Shown here: positions 1 through 8,482 of the stretch, piece by piece
Position numbering within the stretch: position 1 is the stretch's first letter
Layout of the letters: each line of letters opens with the position of its first letter
Assembly: GCA_963702895.1 (NCBI GenBank)
Contig: OY969767.1
Span: 1,100,866 to 1,164,865, forward strand
Length of the DNA stretch: 64,000 nt
Reading direction: 5' to 3'
DNA from: an uncultured Elusimicrobia bacterium
Lineage (GTDB): Bacteria; Elusimicrobiota; Elusimicrobia; 2-01-FULL-59-12
Made by a program: the position numbers and the translations under genes
The notes under the pieces: model-generated
What the model saw: the letters and a program-made list of their open reading frames with translations, nothing else
Database searches by the model: none
Told to the model about the DNA's origin: nothing

Positions 1-3000
1 GACACTCGCAAAGCGTTTACGGACTTGGTCGCTAAGCGTTTGAAACGTTCACTCACCGTGGAGACACTGGACTTGGCTCGCGAAATCGATTTTGGCCGGT
101 GGGACGGCCTCAGCGAAGAGGAAATTCTCAAGAAGTGGGGCCTGGACGAATTGGAGCGTGCGAAACGCTATCGTTACGAGGTTGACCCGACGGTTGTCTC
201 GGAGGGTGGAACGTCTTACCTGGATTTCTTGACCCACCAGGCAAGCGATCTGTTGACGTACATTAACGAGAAACACGCGGGCAAAACGGTGCTCCTCTTC
301 GCCCATGGAACATTGGGAAGCGCTCTGAGCGTATTGCTGTCATACCCCGAAGTGGTCACAAAAGAAGGTCACATTGACTGGCGGGCAATGAATATTCCAA
401 ACGCCGTGCCCTTTCAATTGCAGCGCTATTCGCGACCCGCCGCGGATTCGGCTACGCCCACCGCGGGCCAGCCCGCTAGCCCTGAGCGGTTCGGCAGGCT
501 CACCGCAAGCGAGCTCGCCCTGAGCGAAGTCGAAGGGAGTCGAAGGGCCGCCGCGCCGGATACGGCGGACACGGAGACAACAGAAACACCGACACGGGGA
601 CGCGGAGAAACACCCATTGAAGTTTCCCCGCGTCACCCCGTCGCCGCGTCTGCGCGTCCGACGTCCGATCCCGCCGCCGCGTCAACGGATCCTGACAGTA
701 TCGGATCCACAGACGCCAATAAGGATCATCGACATCACCCACCCATCGGCAATAACCCGCACGATGTCCCCGCCGCACAGTTCCCTGTTCGACCCGCTTG
801 GGTCTATGAGCCTTCGGTTCCACAGGAAATGAGGTCTGAATTGGAGGATATGCTCCTAAAAGGACCTCATCTGCGATCGGTTCTGGAACGCGCTGCAGAT
901 AAGACGCGGCACCCGGTCACAATTGCATTTCAAGCCTATATGAACATTGCGGCCAGAATGGGATATACCCCCGAAATGGGATATTCCATTATGTTTTCTC
1001 AGGAATGGTTGGACGATAATGAACCAAACGCATTGGGCGCTCTTGAACATGAAGTAGCACACATCGGGGTCTATGTCGACGGCATCGCTAACCTGGAGGA
1101 TGACCGAACTTTTCAGACGAGTATGAGAACCCGTCCTCGCAATGATTTCTCCCATTCCGTATTGCAAGCGCTCTCCGATTTTATTGCAGTTTGCTATCAG
1201 CTCGAGCTAAATTGGGTATCGGCCGCCAGTTATATCCTGGACGTGGTCGTCGCGCTGAATCAAAAGAGTCATGCTCGGTGGGTCAACATGGCGCCCGGGG
1301 AACAGACGCGACAGGCTGCTTTCCAATATGCACTGCACTATCTACGGAGTTTTATGGCTTTTGATCATGAGAACAGGGGCGTTGATCCTGCGACTCGCGA
1401 AACCTTTACATTGGCCTTCAAAGACATTTTAACAACCGAGGAAATGACAGTAATCCGTGAAGCGCTCAACGAATCACTGAGGGGCATTCCCCTCACCCAT
1501 TTGACTCATGCAGACTTTTTTGATGCGTTATGCAATAAACTCTACACGCTCGTAGGCTCACTTGCTAAACATTCTCGCGCTGCCGCGCCGGGCACAGCCG
1601 ACACGGAGACACGGGGACCCCCCGCCACTGAGGCATTGGCGGGTCCGCCAAGAAGTAGTGGCGGAGGAGACACGGGGAATCAAGGAGCAAGCGATGGCCC
1701 CTCCGCTTTTGACGTTTCCCCGCGTCCCCCCCTCCCCGCGTCCCCGCGTCCGACGCCCAAACCCGCCGCCGCGCCGCCGACAGTCGAACCGGCGAATGGG
1801 CGAGCCGGCGATCTGGCGAAAGACCCGCCAAATGGTTCGCCGACACACCCCGTCGCCAAGTCGCTGACTCGACCGTCCGATCCCGCGTCGGGTTCGACTT
1901 CGCTCACCACAGGCCCTGAGCGAGCGGGAGCGAGTCGAAGGGCTCCCGCGCTGGAAAGTGCTGATGTGAGAAATGGTTCAGAAGAATTGGACATTCTAAG
2001 CCCAACAATCGACGCTTTGGTCAATCAATTGTGGAAAAGCATTTCACTCAATGACGCTGTGGGAAGATCACAAGCGCGGCGAGAATTGGAAGCCCTTGGG
2101 TTTAGTGTTCAAATTGGATTTTCACGTGAAATGCATCCATATTCTGATCCACAACATATTGAAGCGCTTACGATTTATCAGACGTTAACGAAAATGGCGA
2201 CTCCTGAGCAGCTCCGCTCCATCCGAGACGTTCTTTCGCATGGGATGCAAAATATCGCCAAATGGGGAGGTGGCAGAGGATTTTTATTAATGCGGCTGAA
2301 TACCGAAGCAAGGGCCTTTCAAATTGTGATGGGAGATTCTGGATTGGGAATCACATATGGCGAGGGGCCTCTGAAAGGCAGCCACGCACCGATTCATGAG
2401 GCGGTAAAACTCGGACAATCGTTCGCTGCTGGAAGCGATGGGGGAAAAGGGCTGGCTTATATGGTGATCGATCTCGACGACGTCTCTGTCACTAGCATCA
2501 CCCCTGAAGACGGAGTTGCCCGCGGCCATTGGTGGAGAAAAGGATGGCAACGAGAACGCAGATTGAAGAGTAATCAAAACTTACCCTCACAGGGATTAAA
2601 GATTGTTGGCCAAAAACTTCTTGGCCCCGCCGCCGCGCCCGCCACTACACCGTTGGCGGGCAAGCCGGGCGCAGCCGACACGGGGATCGATTCACCGCGT
2701 CCCCGCGTCCCCCCTACTCCGCGTCATGATCTCTCCGCGTCACCGCGTCACCACGTCGCCGCGTCTGACTCTGTCACGGAGCCCGCCGCCGCGCCGGAAC
2801 GCTTGCCCTCCCAGTTGAAAGGGAAATGGGCGTGGTTGTCGAATGCCTGGGGGGAAGCGTTCCATTGGCTCCTGGCTCCGGCGTTTGGGTTTCAAGACGC
2901 CCGGATGGTCTGGCAGAAGGACCAGGCTCCTTACGTGCATGTCCCCGGCTTGCCGGCCCGCGGCGTCCGGGCGTTTCTAATGGCGGCCGTGCATCCGCTG

Positions 3001-6000
3001 ATCAATCTTTTCTGGACCCTTTTCCCCTGGCTCATTTGGGACCAGCTGGCGGGTCTTCCTCAAGGCCCTCCGGCCCAGATCCTGATCACCGCGCTGATTC
3101 TTCACGCCGTCCTCAACGCCTACGGTTTTCTGGGCAACCTGATCAGCTCCTACGTTTCCCTGGTCCCATTGACTTTCTATGAGTATGACCGCGCCTCCGA
3201 CCACCGCTTGATCGCCCGGCCCCGTTTCTCTATTTCCGTTCCGCGGTGGGAGGTTAAAGCCAACTCGGACTGGAACCGGATGGTTTACACGCTTTCGCTT
3301 GGGCGTCTTGGCCGCAAACCGGAGGGGGATGACCTTCATTCCGAACTGCCGCGGGGCGCCACCCCGGAAGACCGCGCCGCGTCGCCGCGTCGCCGCGTCC
3401 CCGCGTCTGCGCGTCCGCCGTCCTATCCTGCCTCGACACCTCTTTCGTTCAAGCAGAAACAAGCTTTCATTCTCGCTCACGAGGACCGTCTTGGGGACCT
3501 CAAAAACCCTCGCCATAAGCGCGTCTTGCGCAGATATTTCCTGGAAGGAAAGACGCAGGAGGTCTTGGCAGCCGAATTGGGTCAAGGCCAGAGCTCAGTG
3601 TCTTCATTAATAGCACGGGCTTTCCGAGCGCTTCTTGATTGGGTGTATCCCGATGAAGCGTCAGACCTCAAATTTGTGCGTGATCACGAAGACCGCCTTA
3701 GGGAACTCAACAACCCTCGCTATGAGAGCATTTTGCGCGGGTATTTCCTGGAAGGAAAGACTCACGAGGTCTTGGCAGCTGAATTGGGTATCTCCGTTCG
3801 CTCAGTCTCTGACTCAAAAAGAACAGCCATCCGAGTTTTTCGTGATAAGGTGAACCCTGATGAAGCGTCAGACCGCAAATTTGTGATCGACCACGAGGGC
3901 CTGCTTGGGCAGCTCGCTCCTTCCCAAGTGCGCGCATTGACCGGGTATTTCCTGGAAGGTAAGACCCTGCCAGAATTGGCGCACGCTTACGGCATCACAA
4001 AACAGGCGGTGGCCGAAGCAAAAGACCTCGGCTTGAGACAACTGCGAAGATGGGTTAAAACTCATGAGTCGCTTCTCCAGGCGCTCGTCGAGATGGATGG
4101 GTTGGTCACAGTCACGCGTATCAGCCGCCAGGTCGGGGTGACTGCGCTGAGGGTCAATTCTCATGGGGGTGTCACGGGACTGGTCGCTGAAGCGGCACCG
4201 CTGCGCGCGCTAGCGAGGCTGGAAGCGGGTCCCCTTTTCACAACGAGGCCGAAAAGAGACCTCAGTCTTCGGGACAAGGGAATGACGCGACACCGGCAGG
4301 CGACGGGATTGCCGCCGCCGGCGAAGGAACAAACCAAAGGGAATTCCTTCCAGGAATCTGTGAATGCCCGATTCAAATCGGGAACGAAGTCTGAATTGAC
4401 GGAATTCCTGGGAAGCTTAACGTCTGATCAACGGAATCGATTAACGGATGTTCAGCGCCGTTTGCTTCTTTTTGTCTGGCTTTTCATCGATGACCCTATG
4501 GGCGGAGACCATTACGGAAAAATTGGTGAAAAGCTAATTGATTTCCCGATGCAAACATGGATTCTCGGGGACCAATCCGAGCGCCAATCTGATCCGTGGA
4601 TTGCCATGACCGGGGTGGCAAAAACTCTGCAATCTTTCATCTATGAGCTAAGCTTTCACTGGCAGCGTGGGATCCCCTGGCGCCGAAAAACGATGATTGA
4701 TGCTTTACAAGGTCCCACCACGGACTTGCTGGGCGCCGATACATACCAACGATTGGCCGTCTTAGCGAGGGAGCGTCGCTATCCAAAGAAGGGAAATCGC
4801 AGCACCCGTTTGGCCGGGATAGACTCCGATGACAGGATTGTTGATAGCATCGGTGGCATGGACTGGGCCAGGGGTGAATGGTTCAGCAAATACATTGACA
4901 CGCCGTATTATGATGCTTATGCAGGTCTTATTCTCGCCCCTACCGCTGCGTCGAATGATCCGACAAAAATAAATCCAGCCCAGACCCCGCTAGCGCGCGC
5001 CCTCTGGTTGAAAATCGCCGGGAAAAGCGCGACCAACACCCGGGCGGAATCCTGGTTTACGGCGGTCCTCGAATGGCTTCCCTGGCTGGCGCTGGTGGGG
5101 GCAGCGGCGCTCCAAGCCCTGCATTCGCCGAGTGGTTATTCCTGGCTGCTGATCCCGGTCAGCGCTTCGATCGCGATGATCTTTTTATACGCCCTGCACG
5201 CGTGGGTCCCCCGGTGGGCCCCGCCAGGCGTTGAACGCGTAAAAGTCGGGCGCGAAACATGGCCCCTGGCGGCCGGCTTGTTTGCTGTGGACGTCTTGGC
5301 GGGCTTCTCGGTGGCTTGGGGCGTGGGGTTGGCGGCGGTGCCACTCGTTCTGCTGGGGTGGTTCCTTCACGCCAGGCACGACCGGCGAATCTTCAATCAA
5401 CGGACGACAGGCGACCGCGATTTTGGAAAAACGGGATTGAGATTCTTTGTCCTTGGCCTTGGAACGATCTGGCTTGGACGGCGGTGGCCGCCCGGTAACG
5501 CCAGCTATTCAGATCCTTCCGAAGAGGAAATCGATAAACATCTTGAAGAAGCGTTCGTCTCGATGGGGAACAAGGACGGTGTCGTCATGCTGGATACCGC
5601 GGCCGCCTACGGCCGATCGGAGGAGCGCCTCGGGCGCTTCTTGCTAAAACGTCCCGATCTGGCGCGACGCGCTTTTATCGCCACGAAGTGGGGTGAGGAG
5701 TTTGATCCAGTGACGAACCGATCGTGGAAGGATTTCTCGGTTCAAAATCTGAGGGCCTCTTTCAAGCGGAGCCAGGATCACCTTGGCAAAGTGGACCTGC
5801 TTTACATCCACATGTCCACGGACGCCTCCGCGGATGTCCTGCGCGACGAGGCTGTGCGGCAGGAGATGGAACGTATGAAAATCGATGGGGAGGTGCGGCT
5901 CATCGGCGCATCGATCTCCAATGAAGCGATCCTGGCCGAGGCTATAGAACAAGGCTCACTGAATGGCTTCGATGTGATCCAGATGCCGGCCCCTCTCTTT

Positions 6001-6306
6001 TTGAAGCGGCCCGCTTTGGCTTCGGCCTTACACCAACGTGGCTTCGCCGTTGTTCTTAATTCCCCTGTCCGCAAAGCGGACAATCAGAATCCCGAAAACG
6101 CAATCCGTGAATTGGCCAACCGGCCCGAGGTTTCCATGATTCTCACGGGGACCCGGATGCACCTGGGAGAAACGGTGAGCTACCTGGGCACACCTCCCAG
6201 CGCGCCCAAAGGAAGGCTTCCGCTTTGGCGGCAATGGAAAAACTGGCTGTTTGCGCCGGCGGATAAAAACGCTCGCTTCTCTCATCGGGTCCGGGCTGCC
6301 GCGTAA
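1..6306 (+). CDS. Giant multidomain protein, 5' end outside the window. Contains histidine-phosphatase-like, HExxH, GHKL/anti-sigma-kinase-like, 3x sigma-70 region-4-like HTH, TM segments and a C-terminal aldo/keto reductase.
   Basis: Frame 1 has no stop from base 1 to TAA 6304-6306, while all other frames are fragmented. Motifs seen: EIDFGRWDG and FAHGTLGS (His phosphatase), LEHEVAHIG, HGMQNIAKWGGGRG/MGDSGLGI/GGKGLAYM, YFLEGKT..LAAELG x3, and LGLGTIWLG/DTAAAYGRSEE/LLYIHMS (AKR). Confidence 0.6.
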   Translation, partial: DTRKAFTDLVAKRLKRSLTVETLDLAREIDFGRWDGLSEEEILKKWGLDELERAKRYRYEVDPTVVSEGGTSYLDFLTHQASDLLTYINEKHAGKTVLLFAHGTLGSALSVLLSYPEVVTKEGHIDWRAMNIPNAVPFQLQRYSRPAADSATPTAGQPASPERFGRLTASELALSEVEGSRRAAAPDTADTETTETPTRGRGETPIEVSPRHPVAASARPTSDPAAASTDPDSIGSTDANKDHRHHPPIGNNPHDVPAAQFPVRPAWVYEPSVPQEMRSELEDMLLKGPHLRSVLERAADKTRHPVTIAFQAYMNIAARMGYTPEMGYSIMFSQEWLDDNEPNALGALEHEVAHIGVYVDGIANLEDDRTFQTSMRTRPRNDFSHSVLQALSDFIAVCYQLELNWVSAASYILDVVVALNQKSHARWVNMAPGEQTRQAAFQYALHYLRSFMAFDHENRGVDPATRETFTLAFKDILTTEEMTVIREALNESLRGIPLTHLTHADFFDALCNKLYTLVGSLAKHSRAAAPGTADTETRGPPATEALAGPPRSSGGGDTGNQGASDGPSAFDVSPRPPLPASPRPTPKPAAAPPTVEPANGRAGDLAKDPPNGSPTHPVAKSLTRPSDPASGSTSLTTGPERAGASRRAPALESADVRNGSEELDILSPTIDALVNQLWKSISLNDAVGRSQARRELEALGFSVQIGFSREMHPYSDPQHIEALTIYQTLTKMATPEQLRSIRDVLSHGMQNIAKWGGGRGFLLMRLNTEARAFQIVMGDSGLGITYGEGPLKGSHAPIHEAVKLGQSFAAGSDGGKGLAYMVIDLDDVSVTSITPEDGVARGHWWRKGWQRERRLKSNQNLPSQGLKIVGQKLLGPAAAPATTPLAGKPGAADTGIDSPRPRVPPTPRHDLSASPRHHVAASDSVTEPAAAPERLPSQLKGKWAWLSNAWGEAFHWLLAPAFGFQDARMVWQKDQAPYVHVPGLPARGVRAFLMAAVHPLINLFWTLFPWLIWDQLAGLPQGPPAQILITALILHAVLNAYGFLGNLISSYVSLVPLTFYEYDRASDHRLIARPRFSISVPRWEVKANSDWNRMVYTLSLGRLGRKPEGDDLHSELPRGATPEDRAASPRRRVPASARPPSYPASTPLSFKQKQAFILAHEDRLGDLKNPRHKRVLRRYFLEGKTQEVLAAELGQGQSSVSSLIARAFRALLDWVYPDEASDLKFVRDHEDRLRELNNPRYESILRGYFLEGKTHEVLAAELGISVRSVSDSKRTAIRVFRDKVNPDEASDRKFVIDHEGLLGQLAPSQVRALTGYFLEGKTLPELAHAYGITKQAVAEAKDLGLRQLRRWVKTHESLLQALVEMDGLVTVTRISRQVGVTALRVNSHGGVTGLVAEAAPLRALARLEAGPLFTTRPKRDLSLRDKGMTRHRQATGLPPPAKEQTKGNSFQESVNARFKSGTKSELTEFLGSLTSDQRNRLTDVQRRLLLFVWLFIDDPMGGDHYGKIGEKLIDFPMQTWILGDQSERQSDPWIAMTGVAKTLQSFIYELSFHWQRGIPWRRKTMIDALQGPTTDLLGADTYQRLAVLARERRYPKKGNRSTRLAGIDSDDRIVDSIGGMDWARGEWFSKYIDTPYYDAYAGLILAPTAASNDPTKINPAQTPLARALWLKIAGKSATNTRAESWFTAVLEWLPWLALVGAAALQALHSPSGYSWLLIPVSASIAMIFLYALHAWVPRWAPPGVERVKVGRETWPLAAGLFAVDVLAGFSVAWGVGLAAVPLVLLGWFLHARHDRRIFNQRTTGDRDFGKTGLRFFVLGLGTIWLGRRWPPGNASYSDPSEEEIDKHLEEAFVSMGNKDGVVMLDTAAAYGRSEERLGRFLLKRPDLARRAFIATKWGEEFDPVTNRSWKDFSVQNLRASFKRSQDHLGKVDLLYIHMSTDASADVLRDEAVRQEMERMKIDGEVRLIGASISNEAILAEAIEQGSLNGFDVIQMPAPLFLKRPALASALHQRGFAVVLNSPVRKADNQNPENAIRELANRPEVSMILTGTRMHLGETVSYLGTPPSAPKGRLPLWRQWKNWLFAPADKNARFSHRVRAAA
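557..683. repeat. 8-nt-period inverted tandem-repeat hairpin element (GGRGACRC / CCGCGTCN class), in frame in the giant ORF
   Basis: Left arm is about 7 units (cggatacg gcggacac ggagacaa ... gggacgcg gagaaaca). Loop is cccattgaagttt. Right arm is about 7 units (ccccgcgt caccccgt cgccgcgt ctgcgcgt ...). Translates as TADTETTETPTRGRGE..SPRHPVAASARPTSDP. Confidence 0.7.
1048..1062 (+). other. HExxH motif (HEVAH) within the giant ORF
   Basis: cat gaa gta gca cac is in frame, in the context LGALEHEVAHIGVY. Zincin-like motif only; no further fold evidence. Confidence 0.4.
1598..1755. repeat. Composite 8-nt-period hairpin element (GACACGGR / CCCCGCGT class), in frame in the giant ORF
   Basis: ccgacacg gagacacg gggacccc and ggagacacggggaatc face tttccccgcgtcccccctccccgcgtccccgcgtccgacg. 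An inner inverted repeat ccgccact...agtggcgg is also present. Confidence 0.65.
1791..1864. repeat. 8-nt-period hairpin element (GGCGARNN / NNTCGCC class), in frame in the giant ORF
   Basis: ggcgaatg ggcgagcc ggcgatct ggcgaaag is followed by ...ggttcgcc gacacacc ccgtcgcc aagtcgc. Confidence 0.6.
2239..2470 (+). other. GHKL-type ATPase-like segment (SpoIIAB/RsbW-like) of the giant ORF
   Basis: N-box-like HGMQNIAKW, G1-like MGDSGLGI and G2-like GGKGLAYM occur in the expected order. Confidence 0.45.
2675..2768. repeat. 8-nt-period repeat element with a short left arm and a long CCGCGTCN right arm, in frame in the giant ORF
   Basis: ccgacacggggatc is followed by caccgcgt ccccgcgt ... ctccgcgt caccgcgt caccacgt cgccgcgt. 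Translates as SPRPRVPPTPRHDLSASPRHHVAAS. Confidence 0.65.
3375..3422. repeat. Six tandem 8-nt units (CGCCGCGT type), half-element, in frame in the giant ORF
   Basis: cgccgcgt x3, then ccccgcgt, ctgcgcgt, ccgccgtc. The 48 nt equal 16 codons (ASPRRRVPASARPPS). Confidence 0.75.
3466..4086 (+). repeat. Three tandem 207-nt coding repeats, each a sigma-70 region-4 / LuxR-like HTH module
   Basis: Units start at 3466, 3673 and 3880. Peptide pattern is F(I/V)xDHExxLxxLxxP..LRxYFLEGKTxxxLAxELGxSxxSV...PDEASDxK. DNA-level similarity includes tatttcctggaagg(a/t)aagac in all three. Confidence 0.8.
5430..6303 (+). other. Aldo/keto reductase domain at the C-terminus of the giant ORF
   Basis: GLRFFVLGLGTIWLG, MLDTAAAYGRSEERLGRFL, FIATKWG, DLLYIHMS and IGASISN are typical AKR landmarks. 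Confidence 0.75.
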
Positions 6307-6364
6307 TATCCCCCTCTGAAGCTGATTCAAATCTCAAATGGAGTGATCCTTTGAAGCAGATCCA

Positions 6365-6438
6365 GTGATTAGGCAGGTTCTCCTTGAAAAATTAAGCAGG
6401 TTGGCTGAGAGATTAGGTAGGCTCCTCCCAGAGAAGCG
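6365..6438. repeat. Array A: 3-4 contiguous ~21-nt direct repeats (GATTAGGCAGGTT type) abutting the ORF6N stop codon
   Basis: Units are gtgattaggcaggttctccttga, aaaattaagcaggttggctgag, agattaggtaggctcctcccag. Confidence 0.7.
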
Positions 6439-6951
6439 CTATTCATGCTTGAAGCCTTTGATCCGTAATGGGGCATCCGCCGGCTTTGCCATCAGCCCAC
6501 GGATCGCGTCGAAGACCACTTTAAATTGCGCGTCGTATTTGTTTTCCAGCTCATGCAGCTTGCGGGCCAAGTCTTTGTGAGTGGCCAACATCTCTCTGAT
6601 CCTTACAAAGGCATCCACAACCGCGAGGCTTGCTTTCACGGCGGTCTCACTATTGAGAACGCAAGCCAGCATGATCGCGCCATGCTCCGTGAAAACAAGG
6701 GGCAAATAACGTCGCCCTCCGTGGGCCATTCTTGAGGTCGCATTTTGCGACCTCAAGCGGCGCGCTTCCCCTTCGGCAAGCTGGAACATATATCGAGGCG
6801 GGAACCGGATTCGATTTCGCTTCACCTGTTCATTCAAACGTTTGGTCGTTACTCCATAGAGTTCCGCCAGATCTTCGTCCAGCATCACTTTATATCCACG
6901 AATCAGATAAATATACTGCTCAATCTTGATGCTCGGTACAGGTTTATTCAT
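6439..6951 (-). CDS. ORF6N-domain (KilA-N-related) DNA-binding protein
   Basis: IEQYIYLIRGYKVMLDEDLAELYGVTTKRLNEQVKRNRIRFPPRYMFQL is a textbook ORF6N signature. ATG at 6951 is preceded by GGAGAGGAGG. Confidence 0.85.
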   Translation of the reverse strand: MNKPVPSIKIEQYIYLIRGYKVMLDEDLAELYGVTTKRLNEQVKRNRIRFPPRYMFQLAEGEARRLRSQNATSRMAHGGRRYLPLVFTEHGAIMLACVLNSETAVKASLAVVDAFVRIREMLATHKDLARKLHELENKYDAQFKVVFDAIRGLMAKPADAPLRIKGFKHE

Positions 6952-7116
6952 GGGCTCCTCCTCTCCCTTAGATGGAGAACACCCGAAAATATTCACTGCT
7001 TAGACAAAGAGTTCAGACCCATCCGAGAACCCATTGCGTTTCGCATTTCGCCTTTTACATTCTTCATTTTGACTTGAGACACACCAGCGGTCGCAAGAGA
7101 TGAAGCAGCTTCGTCA

Positions 7117-7414
7117 AAGATTAGGCAGGTTCCCCTGGAAAGATTAAGCAGGTTCACGGAAAGATTGAGACGGCTCCTCGAAGAACGAGACGGTTGGTCG
7201 GGAAAGAAAGAGACGGTTGGCAAAGAGAATGAGACGGCTCCTCGAAGATTAGGTAGGTGACCCCGGAAAGATTAGGCAGGTTGGCCGAAAGATTAGGTAA
7301 GTTCCTCGAAGATTAGGTAAGTTCCCCGCGAAAGATTAGGTAAGTCGACCGAAAGATTAGGTAAGCTGGCGGAAAGATTAGGTAAGTTGACCGAAAGATT
7401 AAGCAGGTCTGTCC
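7117..7414. repeat. Array B: about 14 contiguous 19-23-nt direct repeats, consensus AAGATTAGGTAAGTTsnCCG
   Basis: Units were read one by one. The left units are degenerate (aagattgagacggctcctcg, aagaacgagacggttgg...). The right units are near-perfect. The last unit supplies the final codons and stop of the 7399 ORF. Confidence 0.85.
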
Positions 7415-7749
7415 GCGCCGGACGGCACGGGTTGGTACAGCGTGGCGGGGTCACGGGGATCGCCGGAGCGCTTGATCAGGCCGCGGTCCATGAGGTTGCC
7501 CAGGATTCTTAAGGTGGCCGTGCGCGAAAGGTTTAGCAGCTTTTCCACATCCTCCCGGCGCAGGCCGGCGCTCTGGCGCGCGGCGTCCAGGATCATCTTC
7601 TCGTAGCGTTCCCGTTTGCGGCTGACCCAGCGGTTTTGGGTGGAGGGGGGCAGGGGGTGACGAAGGCGTCGGCGCCGCGGCCTGGCCTTCGCCCTCGAGC
7701 TGTTGTTTGAGCCCCCGTGCGCCTTTTCAAACAGGTCGAACAGATCAGG
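7399..7749 (-). pseudogene. 5'-truncated, frameshifted duplicate of the 3' end (wHTH domain) of gene 9680..10423
   Basis: 7442-7573 differs from 9723-9854 at 4 positions by eye. Upstream homology continues to about 7730 but reads RPRRRRLRHPLPPSTQ where the intact copy reads GESAAPPPSSPTPSTQ (frame change). No TM region or start is present. Confidence 0.7.
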
Positions 7750-7834
7750 TCAAGCAAATCCAGGTTCCAAACACGCTTCATCGCAAAGGATGTGGAAGGC
7801 GAGCGCAGGGTTCTGTTATACAATCATCGTCAAG

Positions 7835-8482
7835 ATGACGCCAAAGGATCGTTACGATGTGTCCGATTTGCCGGAGGCGCAGTTTGAGCCGGGCTCACGA
7901 AGGCAGGTTCTGCGCAATCGTTTAGGCATCAGAACGATTGCCGCCATGGAGAATGCCGAAGAGCTGGCCTTGAAAAAGGCGACAGACATTCTTCTGCATA
8001 CCTACTCAAAGGACCATCGCTTTAAGGCCAATGACATCCGTCATATGCACCGGCTTTGGCTATCGGACATCTACGGCTGGGCAGGCAATTATCGGAGGGT
8101 CAATCTGAGCAAGACGGGATTCATGTTTGCTGTTGCCCAGCACGTTCCCGGATTGATGCAGGAATTTGAAACGACTGCTCTGAAAGAATGCACCCCTTGT
8201 CATCCTGGGGATATTGAGACGATTGCAGAACATTTGGCGAAGGTCCACGTTGAACTCGTGCTGATACACCCCTTCCGGGAAGGAAACGGACGTGTTGCCC
8301 GGCTACTCACGACCTTCATGGCGCTCCAGGCCGATCTGCCGCTCCTGGATTACAGAAGCATTCTGGGGAAATCGACACCCGTTTATTTTGCCGCCATTCA
8401 AGCGGGCATGAAACGAGACTACTTGCCCATGCGGAAAGTGATGAAATCAGTGATTGCGCGTACGCTCAGGCGGCTTTCTTAA
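7835..8482 (+). CDS. Fic/DOC family protein (likely AMPylating toxin)
   Basis: Canonical Fic motif IHPFREGNGRVARLL (HxFx[D/E]GNGRxxR). ATG at 7835; the longer TTG start at 7703 is probably spurious. No internal SxxxE[G/N] inhibitory motif was seen. Confidence 0.85.
   Translation: MTPKDRYDVSDLPEAQFEPGSRRQVLRNRLGIRTIAAMENAEELALKKATDILLHTYSKDHRFKANDIRHMHRLWLSDIYGWAGNYRRVNLSKTGFMFAVAQHVPGLMQEFETTALKECTPCHPGDIETIAEHLAKVHVELVLIHPFREGNGRVARLLTTFMALQADLPLLDYRSILGKSTPVYFAAIQAGMKRDYLPMRKVMKSVIARTLRRLS

Noticed and set aside
1-6306. The giant ORF as several independent genes mis-joined by the ORF caller
   Set aside because: No in-frame stop exists at any module boundary, so as assembled it cannot be separate cistrons. 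I keep it as one CDS. Assembly errors at the hairpin repeats remain the main caveat (see finding).
7117-7414. The repeat core AGGTAAGT is identical to the eukaryotic 5' splice-site consensus (complement of the U1 snRNA 5' end)
   Set aside because: The window is clearly bacterial (operons, SD sites, bacterial gene families). I treat the match as coincidence, with no functional inference.
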